From positions 32,001 to 96,000 of the IMG/VR virus record IMGVR_UViG_3300032245_000936: a stretch of DNA of 64,000 nt, one strand, 5' to 3'. The notes below the pieces were generated by a model. That model made no database searches and had not been told where the DNA came from. It worked only from the letters and a program-made list of their open reading frames with translations. Below are positions 55,667 through 64,000 of this stretch, in pieces (the first letter of the stretch is position 1; every line of letters starts with the position of its first letter). This DNA comes from a virus. Position numbers and translations under genes: made by a program.

Positions 55667-57925
55667 TTATACGTTAGTTGGAGCGGCCAGTACGTCAATT
55701 GCATACTTACCCACTGCAAAATACAGTCCGCCGGTTACTCCATTGGCATCCTGTCCTGCCGCGCTTGAGCGCCAGCCCTTGGCCCCTGGTGCTTTTTCTG
55801 TACCAGTATTAGGGCCCAGTAGCTGTGCCACGCACATCATGCCTGCTATAGTACACAGGTTATCTGCTTCTTTGATTGCACCATTACTGACCATGCGCTT
55901 GTAGTTTGCATTTAACAGTTTAAAAAACGCTTTTTCTTGTATAGCTGGAGCATTAAAAAAATCTTCAAGACTCTTGATGCCATCTTCTCCGGTCCATGCA
56001 CCCGCCTGTTTAACCGCAGAATTCTTGTATTGCTTGTAAAAGTCTAACTTGATATAGCCCAGGTCTGTCAATGCGGCTGCACCAAATTGGTATTTGCCCA
56101 CATAATTAAGTTGATTGATTGCTTTGTAGTTAAATGCGCTTTCGCAATAGCCCATGGCCACACAAAGTGCTTTAACATGTAGCTGGCTTAGAGGCCCAAT
56201 ACCGCCGGGTGGGTTTGGTGTTTCTTCACGCGACATATAGCTCTTTGGTGCCAATTTGGACTTAGGCAAATTCTGTCTGTATCCACTTGCAGGACCCGGA
56301 TCCAGTTTTTCTTCGCCACTGGTAACGTAACCACCACTGCCACTTTTAACTGGGTTACCGTTGCTGTCTTTGACTACATTGCTCGGTACACAATCTGTTG
56401 GTGTTGGTCCGGTCTCAGGAGCAGGTGCATCGTTGATAGCTGTCTTACCAGTGGTTGCGCCGCCTGCGTTTGCGGCTTGTCCTGCTGTGATATCTTTTTG
56501 GCTTACGCCGCTGAATCTTGTGTACGGCTCGTGTGTTGGAGCAATGTTTACGATGCTGGCCAGTGCGTTTGGATTTATGGTCCATGTGCCGGTGCCACTG
56601 TTGTATGCTGTTTCGTCCAGAGTAAAAATTGGAATAGTATTAGGTTTGCCTACTGTAGGGCCAGCGCCGGAGTTCAAAAGAATTTTGTCCCCAGTGACGT
56701 TGAATGCGCCAGAACTGTTCCAGCTAGTTGATCCACCAGCACTTACATTAACTGCACCACTAGCACCAAGTTCAATCTTGCCACCATACATCACTGTACG
56801 ATCGTTGGTAACAGTGCTTAATATGTTGGTGTTGATATCAACTGTTTGCCCGCCAACCATTTTTAATCCATTGGCCGCGTAGATTTTTATATCCTTGTCA
56901 CTGTGCATGTTGATATCACCTTGGCTGCGTAGATTCAAACCACCAGAGGAGAAAACGTGCATCTGCCCAGATCCTGCTAGTTCTACCCAACAGCTACCTT
57001 CGCTGTTGATGATATACAATGTCTTGTTACTGTCATCCATTAAAATTTGATGGCCGTATGCTGTGCGTAATCGTACCAGCTGACTGCCACCGTAGAAGTC
57101 GCCGTCATCCATAACAAAGCTGTGTCCGCCTTTGCGAACAGTAAACTCTACATCAGTCGGAGTAATGCTGCCATCTTCAATTTTAGATCGAATAGCATCG
57201 TCATCAGCAGGATCTTTAGACAGCGGGCGACCCGGTGTGCTGATACCAAACACTGCGCTTGGTGAATTACGCTGTGAGCTAGAACTTACTGCTCCACGTA
57301 TTCTATCTTTGTCTAGACCTTGTTTGATATAACGTTTGGTTTGCCACTCATGAGGCGCACGTTTTTTAGAAAGAAAATTACCTTCAACGTTTTTACCATC
57401 TGCTTCATTGATTTCAGTCATTGGCCAGTTACTGTCGTTGGTCAATGCTTTTTTGAGTTCGGCACTTTCAATTGCATTTGAATCAAATTTAGTTTGATCG
57501 CCACCTGCCAGCCCCGGAATCATATTATGATCTAGCTTGTTTACCACACAGGCAAACCAGTATCCACGCTGTGGATCCCCGTTTACAAAAGTAACCAGTA
57601 CCATGTTTCCAATATCAGGAGGTACTGCAAAAAACCCATAGGTGTTCTGCGCTTGGCTGTATAGATTTTCTTTAGGAGGATTTTCTGATGGTTGGTAGGT
57701 CATTCCAGCAAAAGGACTAGCATAGCTCACTGTTATCCAATTGTGTGCATCGTTTTGATCGCCGGCACCCATGTCTGGAATCCAGACCTGTAGTCTACCA
57801 GATCTGGTACTGTCAATTACATTTTTCACAATCGCTTCAAACGGGCCGGGGTTTAGGTTAACCCCAGGCATTTCCGCTTTGGTGTTGGATGGTGTGTGTC
57901 TACCTAGTCTTTTATCTACTGCCAT
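55667..57925 (-). CDS. baseplate hub spike, T4 gp5/VgrG-like, with C-terminal lysozyme-like domain
   Basis: OB-fold GRLQVWIP and PPDIG..VLV.F..GD; beta-helix GH...mDD repeats; C-terminal ES..NY.a.N...y.GkYQFG. Confidence 0.85.
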   Translation of the reverse strand: MAVDKRLGRHTPSNTKAEMPGVNLNPGPFEAIVKNVIDSTRSGRLQVWIPDMGAGDQNDAHNWITVSYASPFAGMTYQPSENPPKENLYSQAQNTYGFFAVPPDIGNMVLVTFVNGDPQRGYWFACVVNKLDHNMIPGLAGGDQTKFDSNAIESAELKKALTNDSNWPMTEINEADGKNVEGNFLSKKRAPHEWQTKRYIKQGLDKDRIRGAVSSSSQRNSPSAVFGISTPGRPLSKDPADDDAIRSKIEDGSITPTDVEFTVRKGGHSFVMDDGDFYGGSQLVRLRTAYGHQILMDDSNKTLYIINSEGSCWVELAGSGQMHVFSSGGLNLRSQGDINMHSDKDIKIYAANGLKMVGGQTVDINTNILSTVTNDRTVMYGGKIELGASGAVNVSAGGSTSWNSSGAFNVTGDKILLNSGAGPTVGKPNTIPIFTLDETAYNSGTGTWTINPNALASIVNIAPTHEPYTRFSGVSQKDITAGQAANAGGATTGKTAINDAPAPETGPTPTDCVPSNVVKDSNGNPVKSGSGGYVTSGEEKLDPGPASGYRQNLPKSKLAPKSYMSREETPNPPGGIGPLSQLHVKALCVAMGYCESAFNYKAINQLNYVGKYQFGAAALTDLGYIKLDFYKQYKNSAVKQAGAWTGEDGIKSLEDFFNAPAIQEKAFFKLLNANYKRMVSNGAIKEADNLCTIAGMMCVAQLLGPNTGTEKAPGAKGWRSSAAGQDANGVTGGLYFAVGKYAIDVLAAPTNV

Positions 57926-57957
57926 GTTTTTCTACCTTGAAATTATATTATGCTCTT

Positions 57958-60900
57958 TTACTTCAGTGCTGCCTCGGCTGCTTTGGCGGCATCAAATTCT
58001 TTCTTAATTGCTGTGAGCTTTTGATTTTCTTCATTAAATGCTAACCTGGCGGCTTCTACTGATCCTGTTCTTGACAATTCTGCTTTCTGAGCCTCAGTGC
58101 CGTTTTGATAAGCAGGGGATGCCGCAACTGCTTTTAGGTTAGCAATACGTTCATCATTCTTCTGTTTAACCACTAGATATTGCGCTTCCCACTTTGCATC
58201 CAATTCTGCTACCTTAGCCGCTGCCGCCTCGCGCTGTTTTTGCTTGTCAGCTGTTGCATCCGGCGGGGTGTCTCCACTGCTTTTAACTGGGTTTTCATTG
58301 TCCTGATTTTTAGCATCGTCAATGTCCCTATTTTCAATTTTGTTATCTCCTGCTACATCTGCAAGTTCATCAGCGTTTGGATCCTCTTCTCCATTTGTGT
58401 CGTCTGTGTCATCACGGTTGTAGTCATTGTCAGCATCTTGATCTGTATCGTAGGTTCGTCCAAATATGCCTCGCTTCATGTCTTCAACACTGTTTCCTTG
58501 TGACAGATTACCATTAGCATCAGACACAGTTGAATCCAATGGAAACTCAAAAAACTCTTCTCCGTTTTGTCCTTGCAGTGTTGGTACCTTATCGTTACGA
58601 TTGGTGTTGTTTTGTTTTTGCACGGCGGCAGGATTGTATCTTGGATCTTGCGGTTGATCTTGCAATCGTATCATTTCTAGAGTTTGTTCAAACTTACCAC
58701 CCGCAAACTGATTACTTACCGACAACACGCGGTATATACCACTAAATGCTGTGTTCATTGTATCTTCTTTGAAATCAGCAAGTCCTGTGCTGTCATTCAT
58801 GTCTACAGGAGTTCTAAATCTAACGTATGCGTGTACTTCGCCACCATCAGTGCCAATATTGATTCTTTCAGCGTCTAGGTATGTGTCGCTATAACGGCGC
58901 TGATTGAAACGTTTGTTTGCTGGTGTGTAATATAGGTCATCTTGTTTAATAAACTGAGGATCGCCAATTACTCTTAGTTGTACACTCAACATGTCACCTT
59001 TTGCGTCAGCATACACGCTTTCTTGCACACTGGCCACGCTCTGAGCCACGCTGTCTCTATTTTGATTGCCTGTACTGCTGGCCCCTAACTGTCCTTCAAC
59101 GTTTTGAATTTGCGGTGGGTTTGGACCAACGTTTACTGTGGTGTTGTAGTTGTTTACTTTTGTGTCTTGCTTGAGGTTGTCTTCTTGATTCTGGCTGTTT
59201 TGTGGGCCGGCGGCGGCTTGTGTTTTTCCTCGGTTGATAGTTACCTTGGTATAGAACATTGAATCAAAGTTAAGCTGAAAATCAATTATGTCGTGATTCT
59301 GTCCTGTGTAGATATACTGATATTCTTTATGCCACCCGGTGGGTAGGCTTTTAGCGGCATTAGGATGCACACGATTATACACTGTGTACGGGATCACGTG
59401 AAACGTTACTCTGTAGTTCCATTTGGCATTTTTAATATCATACTTTTTAAGTTGTATGCTTGGAACAATCTTCCACCAGCTGAGATCTTTCTTTAGCTTT
59501 TCAGCATTTTGTTCTGCACCAATAGTAGGATCAACCATTTGACTACGAATATAGTCACTGTTTTGCATCATTAAATTGATCAGCTCTGTTACCTGTGTGC
59601 CTGCGTTTACTGGCCATTTGCCCACAGTGAAGTCGGGCTGAGCAGTGGCCTTGCCTGCGTTAGAACGTATGGCGTCTCTTTGAGCATTTGCATCCTTGGG
59701 ATTTTTTTCAGCAACCTGTCTACTACTTTGTACTTGAGGCTGAACAATGATTCCGCCCTTGCTATTGTTTGCTTCAAGAATTAGTTTATCAAACTCAACA
59801 AGAATCTCGTTATAATCTGTTTGGTACTTGAGATCTACCAGTGCCTTTTGCCAAGTATTGTAAGCACTAACATAGCTCTTAACAGAGTATGCGTTGCCTT
59901 CACCTTGACCTGTGACTGCCGCACGTTTTTCGTCTGCATTTTTTTCAGAATCTGCTTTACGAACATCATCTGATTTAACGCCTTCGTTGCTCTTGGCAGC
60001 GGCATTGGCAGCTGACTCACGCTGATTCAATGTTTTAACCAGCGCACTTTCGTCTGTGTCTGGTTTAAAAAAATCTTGTAGTGTTTTGCCAGTGACTTCA
60101 AAGTTTGCAGGAGTTGTTCCAATGCTGTCTGTAAAACCTTGATGATGGTACGGAACGCCACGTACTGCATATTCAGCACCGCGACTGCTTACTTTAATTT
60201 TGCATTCTGTTAGTCGCATTGGAATATACTTGCGGTGTTCTAACAAATTAACCATACTACCATCATCACGATAACCATAGAAATCAATCTGCAATAGATA
60301 TGGTACTTGCATATAGTTGTATGCTTCAATACGCACAGCCGCTTGCATCAAGCGATCAACCAAAGTCATACCATAGGGTTCAATCAGTGTAAAACTAAAA
60401 TCAATTGCGTTACTACCACGACTGCCTGCATTTAATCCCACAATCGTGTCCATCTTGAAATTGTCAATGTAAAAATCTTCTTGGAACGACTCATCGCGCT
60501 CAAACCCAGATCCTTGTGGGCCACGCTTGCCAGCACTGGCAATAATGGTATGTGATGGTCTCCACGGGTCTGCACCCTCAGGATCTGTGGCCATTCTATT
60601 ATAATCTGTTTTGCTCAGCATGTGCCACGCAAGGCCGTATGTGTAACTAGCAAACTGATGCAACACATTTGGTTGTGTAACAATCTCAGTCTTTTTTACC
60701 TGATTATCTATTACATCTGTGGTCTTGGGCGCAAACAATCCTCGTTTTTTATCTTCAACAGAATCACCATAACTGGCTTCATTGTCGGCATCCTGTTGCG
60801 ATAATGGAAAGTCTTGACTGGCATCTTGATCAACATCTGAGTTTGCTTCATTGGCTATGCGATCAGCTTCGTCGTCATCTAGAGCGTCTTCTTCGTTTTC

Positions 60901-62178
60901 TAAATCATTTTCAATTGCCTGACCTTCAATTTCCTCATTGATAATGTCATTGTCAATTGTTTCGCTTTGCGAACGAGCATCGCTGGCTTCTGTGTATGCA
61001 GCCTGGGCTTCTTGATCTAATGCGGCAGCTTCTTCACTGCGCTGAGTTGCAATATCAGCTGACTCTGATGCTTGGTTTCTATACTGTGCCGCTGCCGCTG
61101 GATCGCCATTAGCTTCTGCTTCGTCTGCAAGTCTGTTGTATCTTTCTGCATCTCTGCGAGCTGTGTTTTCCTCTTGGCGCTTTTCTTCAGATGCGTTTAA
61201 TTTGTCTGTTGCTTCTTGATCTTTTGCATTGGCTTTTTCGTCGAGCTGATTTTTTTGTTCTTTGAGCTCGGACATTTTGACCTGAGACTCTAGTTTTCGA
61301 TCTTTTAACTCGTTGGTTCTTTCCAGTGACCGGCCAGATACGTTTACATCACGTGGAGCTTTTTCAACAATAGGCTTGTCGCTTTCGACCACTTCTGCGG
61401 CGGTGGTAGTTTTGTTTTCGCCCGGTGTGGTTGTGACGATTGGATTTGCCGGTGGGCGAGTCTTAGAATACTCTTGGCCCGGTTTGTCATAGCTTACTGT
61501 GCCTTCAAGGACTTCGCGGTTAAATGCACTAGCAACTTTAGGGAATTTTAATTCTGGGTGAGCTTCTTTATAGGCCGCATACGCAGCCGCACGATTTTCT
61601 GCTTCCTTTTGATTTGCCGCTTCCTGACCTTGTTGCCATTCAGCACTGGGTTGCGGAATAGTAATTGTTGTGCTTCCGCCACCTGTTACTGTTTCTGTGC
61701 TGGTAGACTCAACCTTGTAGTAGTCGCCGCCACCTTTCTTGACCGGAGTGATTTTAACATCGTTCTCCGACATGAATTTTTCCATGTCCTTTTTCTGTTG
61801 TTCTTTAAGGACATTTCCATTTTCTTGGGCAACCTGTGCTGTGCTTTTCTTTTTAAGATAGATATCTTTGCTCTGCTGAGAAAGTCTATCTAGTTGTGCT
61901 TGTTCATCTTGTGAAAAAGATGTTGAAGTTGAATTACCTGTTGCACTTTCCCTGTCAAAGCTCTGGGCCAGTGCCCGTCCATCGTCGCTGGCTTTTCTAT
62001 TTTGATTTTCTAATGCTCGCTGAGAATTTTCAAATGCTCTGATGTTTTCAGGCGTGGGATTTTTTTCAGCCTCGTCAGAAAGACGTAGCTGTTCTTTTAA
62101 CAGCCTGTCAGTAACGGCTTGATTTTTTTGATTCAGCTTGCGTAAAGCTTCATTCCTTGATTCAATATCGTCTGCCAT
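57958..62178 (-). CDS. baseplate hub protein (gp27/gpD-like) with long charged low-complexity extensions
   Basis: F.l.EPyG, l.vIGDP, and G.YrVl.V...F..GkFeQ.Le..R hub-type motifs; position between gp53-like and gp5-like genes. Confidence 0.7.
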   Translation of the reverse strand: MADDIESRNEALRKLNQKNQAVTDRLLKEQLRLSDEAEKNPTPENIRAFENSQRALENQNRKASDDGRALAQSFDRESATGNSTSTSFSQDEQAQLDRLSQQSKDIYLKKKSTAQVAQENGNVLKEQQKKDMEKFMSENDVKITPVKKGGGDYYKVESTSTETVTGGGSTTITIPQPSAEWQQGQEAANQKEAENRAAAYAAYKEAHPELKFPKVASAFNREVLEGTVSYDKPGQEYSKTRPPANPIVTTTPGENKTTTAAEVVESDKPIVEKAPRDVNVSGRSLERTNELKDRKLESQVKMSELKEQKNQLDEKANAKDQEATDKLNASEEKRQEENTARRDAERYNRLADEAEANGDPAAAAQYRNQASESADIATQRSEEAAALDQEAQAAYTEASDARSQSETIDNDIINEEIEGQAIENDLENEEDALDDDEADRIANEANSDVDQDASQDFPLSQQDADNEASYGDSVEDKKRGLFAPKTTDVIDNQVKKTEIVTQPNVLHQFASYTYGLAWHMLSKTDYNRMATDPEGADPWRPSHTIIASAGKRGPQGSGFERDESFQEDFYIDNFKMDTIVGLNAGSRGSNAIDFSFTLIEPYGMTLVDRLMQAAVRIEAYNYMQVPYLLQIDFYGYRDDGSMVNLLEHRKYIPMRLTECKIKVSSRGAEYAVRGVPYHHQGFTDSIGTTPANFEVTGKTLQDFFKPDTDESALVKTLNQRESAANAAAKSNEGVKSDDVRKADSEKNADEKRAAVTGQGEGNAYSVKSYVSAYNTWQKALVDLKYQTDYNEILVEFDKLILEANNSKGGIIVQPQVQSSRQVAEKNPKDANAQRDAIRSNAGKATAQPDFTVGKWPVNAGTQVTELINLMMQNSDYIRSQMVDPTIGAEQNAEKLKKDLSWWKIVPSIQLKKYDIKNAKWNYRVTFHVIPYTVYNRVHPNAAKSLPTGWHKEYQYIYTGQNHDIIDFQLNFDSMFYTKVTINRGKTQAAAGPQNSQNQEDNLKQDTKVNNYNTTVNVGPNPPQIQNVEGQLGASSTGNQNRDSVAQSVASVQESVYADAKGDMLSVQLRVIGDPQFIKQDDLYYTPANKRFNQRRYSDTYLDAERINIGTDGGEVHAYVRFRTPVDMNDSTGLADFKEDTMNTAFSGIYRVLSVSNQFAGGKFEQTLEMIRLQDQPQDPRYNPAAVQKQNNTNRNDKVPTLQGQNGEEFFEFPLDSTVSDANGNLSQGNSVEDMKRGIFGRTYDTDQDADNDYNRDDTDDTNGEEDPNADELADVAGDNKIENRDIDDAKNQDNENPVKSSGDTPPDATADKQKQREAAAAKVAELDAKWEAQYLVVKQKNDERIANLKAVAASPAYQNGTEAQKAELSRTGSVEAARLAFNEENQKLTAIKKEFDAAKAAEAALK

Positions 62179-62181
62179 TGA

Positions 62182-62487
62182 TTACAGCCCCAAAACAGTA
62201 ACAATATTATTTTTCTTAGGTATGCTGATAGTAACTCCGGGAATAAAATCTCCGAGAGGATCTTTTAGTGTGTTAGGATTACGAATCGCAAACACCCACC
62301 AAAGTGCGGCGTCGCCGTACAGGTCAAATGCCAATAGGTCTGGTCTGTGACGATATGCTTTGTCAATGGTGTACTGGACATCGTCGGGATATGCTGGTAT
62401 GGATCTTTTGGCCATTACATCCAGGAAGTTTCCAAATTTGTCAGTGCCAAAGTAAGGACTACTTTTGCTGTAGTTTGTTTCGGCCAT
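62182..62487 (-). CDS. baseplate wedge protein, gp53/LysM-like
   Basis: RPDLLA..LYG...LWWVfa..N....DP..df..G..i.iP. Confidence 0.85.
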   Translation of the reverse strand: MAETNYSKSSPYFGTDKFGNFLDVMAKRSIPAYPDDVQYTIDKAYRHRPDLLAFDLYGDAALWWVFAIRNPNTLKDPLGDFIPGVTISIPKKNNIVTVLGL

Positions 62488-63410
62488 TATAGGAATCCTC
62501 CATTGAGATAGTCAGCATGACCTTGATTACCGTATTCGCGGTGGTTGAACTTTGTGGCCTTGGTCCTACTCACAATTGGTTGTAGAGTCACGCTAACTGT
62601 ACTGGAACTAGGCACTCTTCCAAACCTACCTAGGTCAATGTAGTCTACTTCTGCAGGCATGGTGTGTTGAAAACTAGTGATCACACAAGTCACGTGCGGA
62701 AAGTAGTAGTCACCGTAGCCGTCAAGATAAACCAGGGTTGGCGGTTGCCCTGCATTTGGGTCATCACCAAAGAACATTTTGGTACATGCACGGAAAAAAT
62801 AGATAGAGGCCAATACGTACATTCCCTCGTCGAGATTCTGTGCAGTGAATTCTCCACTGATGTTAATAGCAGAAACATCACTGCCTTCATAAAAATAATT
62901 CTTGTAGTTGCTGTGTACCAACGCCTGCTCACTGTAGCGAGCATTGTGTGTAACACTGATTGTTGGAGTGTATGGAAAAATTACTCCATCTGTGCCATCT
63001 GAAGAGTTCAATGGGCGCAGTAACCAATCTGCATTTTCTACCATGGTGCTGTCTTGATACAATATTTGACTTTGTGACGGCAAACTAACACGCACACGCC
63101 AGTCAAATGCTGGTGACACAAGTCCGCGAACCTGTGCGGATTGATTTAATCCAATCACAGTCGGTTCACTGTTTTTTGACTTTGGACTATTAGCACCACC
63201 GCTAAATAATCCTGCAATCTTCATACGAGTTTTGCTTGGGTCTAGTAAGTCCAACCCTTTGTCAATGAAGGATCCTGCTTTGCCTTTAAACTCGTCCCAG
63301 GTCATGCTGGGCTTTGCTGGTGCTGCCGGTCCGTCGTTACTGCCCGTGGTAACAGGGGTACCAAACCTGTCGGTTACTGGGTTGCCCCATCTATCAGTTA
63401 AGTTGCCCAT
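62487..63410 (-). CDS. baseplate/tail-tube initiator protein (gp48/gp54-like)
   Basis: FPYTPtI...h.A.Y, i.isGeFtaq, G.PP....l..YG, vitsF...p.evDY; first gene of the baseplate operon. Confidence 0.65.
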   Translation of the reverse strand: MGNLTDRWGNPVTDRFGTPVTTGSNDGPAAPAKPSMTWDEFKGKAGSFIDKGLDLLDPSKTRMKIAGLFSGGANSPKSKNSEPTVIGLNQSAQVRGLVSPAFDWRVRVSLPSQSQILYQDSTMVENADWLLRPLNSSDGTDGVIFPYTPTISVTHNARYSEQALVHSNYKNYFYEGSDVSAINISGEFTAQNLDEGMYVLASIYFFRACTKMFFGDDPNAGQPPTLVYLDGYGDYYFPHVTCVITSFQHTMPAEVDYIDLGRFGRVPSSSTVSVTLQPIVSRTKATKFNHREYGNQGHADYLNGGFL

Positions 63411-63425
63411 AATTTAAGAATCCTC

Positions 63426-63457
63426 TTGCTTATTGTATATTTATTTGTTACAATAAG
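63426..63457 (+). promoter_or_regulatory. sigma70-like promoter (TTGCTT-N17-TACAAT, extended TG) with a 9-bp inverted repeat enclosing a divergent TAAATA
   Basis: TTGCTT 63426-63431, TACAAT 63449-63454; IR CTTATTGTA 63429-63437 / TACAATAAG 63449-63457. Confidence 0.55.
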
Positions 63458-63479
63458 TGGGTGTTTTAAAGGAAAAAGG

Positions 63480-64000
63480 ATGCGCCACAATTATTTAAAT
63501 AACAAAGATATACTTAAAGAGATTCACAAGAGCAAAACTACCTACTGCTGGTTTGCTACACCAGCCGACTCAGATTACGATATTATTTTATCTGTGGGCG
63601 AGAAAGGTAAGATTGCTAAAAAAGACGTTATGCAAGGGCGCCGCAATCGCGCTGAACGTCTAGCTAAACTAGCACACGAAGCTGCCACAGCGGACGGTAC
63701 CAAGCGTAAACTAGACGAATTTGAAGTCAAGCTCAAAGACGTTAAAGAAACAGATGTTGTGTTTCGTATCATGACCTGGACACATGTGCCAATTGATGAA
63801 TCCAAAACCAAGAAACAATTGGCATTGGAAGAAGAAGCATCAGTTGATACGGAATACGATGAAGGGGTTGAACCAGTAAAAGCGCCAACCAAATACATGA
63901 AGGTTAATTTTCCCCCATTCCAACATTGGAAACTCAATGAAGAAGGCGAATACTACACCGTGGGTATCAGCCATTGGAAGGGTGATCCAGAATCCGGAAA
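63480..64000 (+). CDS. putative late-transcription sigma factor (gp55-like), 3'-truncated; absent from ORF track
   Basis: ATG at 63480 after AAGGA; MRHNYLNNKDILKEIHKSK resembles the gp55-family N-terminal (H/N)Y(V/L)NNK motif; frame stays open to the window end. Confidence 0.65.
   Translation, partial: MRHNYLNNKDILKEIHKSKTTYCWFATPADSDYDIILSVGEKGKIAKKDVMQGRRNRAERLAKLAHEAATADGTKRKLDEFEVKLKDVKETDVVFRIMTWTHVPIDESKTKKQLALEEEASVDTEYDEGVEPVKAPTKYMKVNFPPFQHWKLNEEGEYYTVGISHWKGDPESG

Noticed and set aside
51707-63410. Bacterial T6SS/eCIS or tailocin locus
   Set aside because: T4-like late promoter motifs, a gp55-like gene, phage-type folA/thyA and hypotheticals, and the lack of Tss/Afp accessory genes all point to a lytic phage.
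26004-63937. Numerous opposite-strand or alternate-frame ORFs in the track (e.g. 26004..26540, 34065..34631, 56361..56882, 63575..63937)
   Set aside because: They are shadows of long real genes, with no motifs or ribosome-binding sites.
1-64000. Stop-codon reassignment or selenocysteine read-through
   Set aside because: Standard-code ORFs tile the window with tight overlaps. TAA, TGA and TAG (e.g. 7785, 24442, 31831) all end genes at sensible boundaries.
1-64000. CRISPR arrays, tRNAs, rRNAs, introns/inteins, transposases
   Set aside because: Intergenic gaps are all under ~70 bp, and I saw no repeat-spacer pattern, cloverleaf or intein/homing endonuclease motif. A formal scan was not possible.

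Overview
This window is part of a large, T4-like (myovirus-type) jumbo phage genome. It uses the standard genetic code, is gene-dense, and has many ATGA-type gene overlaps. The left end (1-2821, +) holds conserved phage hypotheticals, DHFR and thymidylate synthase. The right half (26252-63410, -) is a tail/baseplate module: two fibre-like proteins, a 6226-aa giant structural protein, and gp6-, gp25-, gp5-, hub-, gp53- and gp48/54-like genes. A divergent, truncated gp55-like late sigma factor starts at 63480 and is missing from the ORF track. Between these lies a ~23 kb enzyme island (2787-26183). Its core is a ~14 kb, 18-gene, translationally coupled operon (12171-26183, -) with its own sigma70-like promoter. 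This operon encodes TEN radical SAM enzymes (two SPASM, two paralogous trios, two singletons), sugar-nucleotide and glycosyltransferase-like enzymes, and a 222-aa fibre-like protein whose (CxCxxx)4 Cys-rich segment directly precedes a self-cleaving peptidase-S74 chaperone domain. The rest of the island adds an Fe-S carrier (ErpA/IscA), an APS kinase fusion, a sulfotransferase, deacetylases, an epimerase, an amidinotransferase, three divergent kinase-like paralogs, two desaturases and an Asp/Asn beta-hydroxylase. The best candidate for a new system is a phage-encoded, RiPP-like radical-SAM and glycosylation machinery that modifies a Cys-rich virion appendage. All product calls come from motif recognition by eye; no database search was run.
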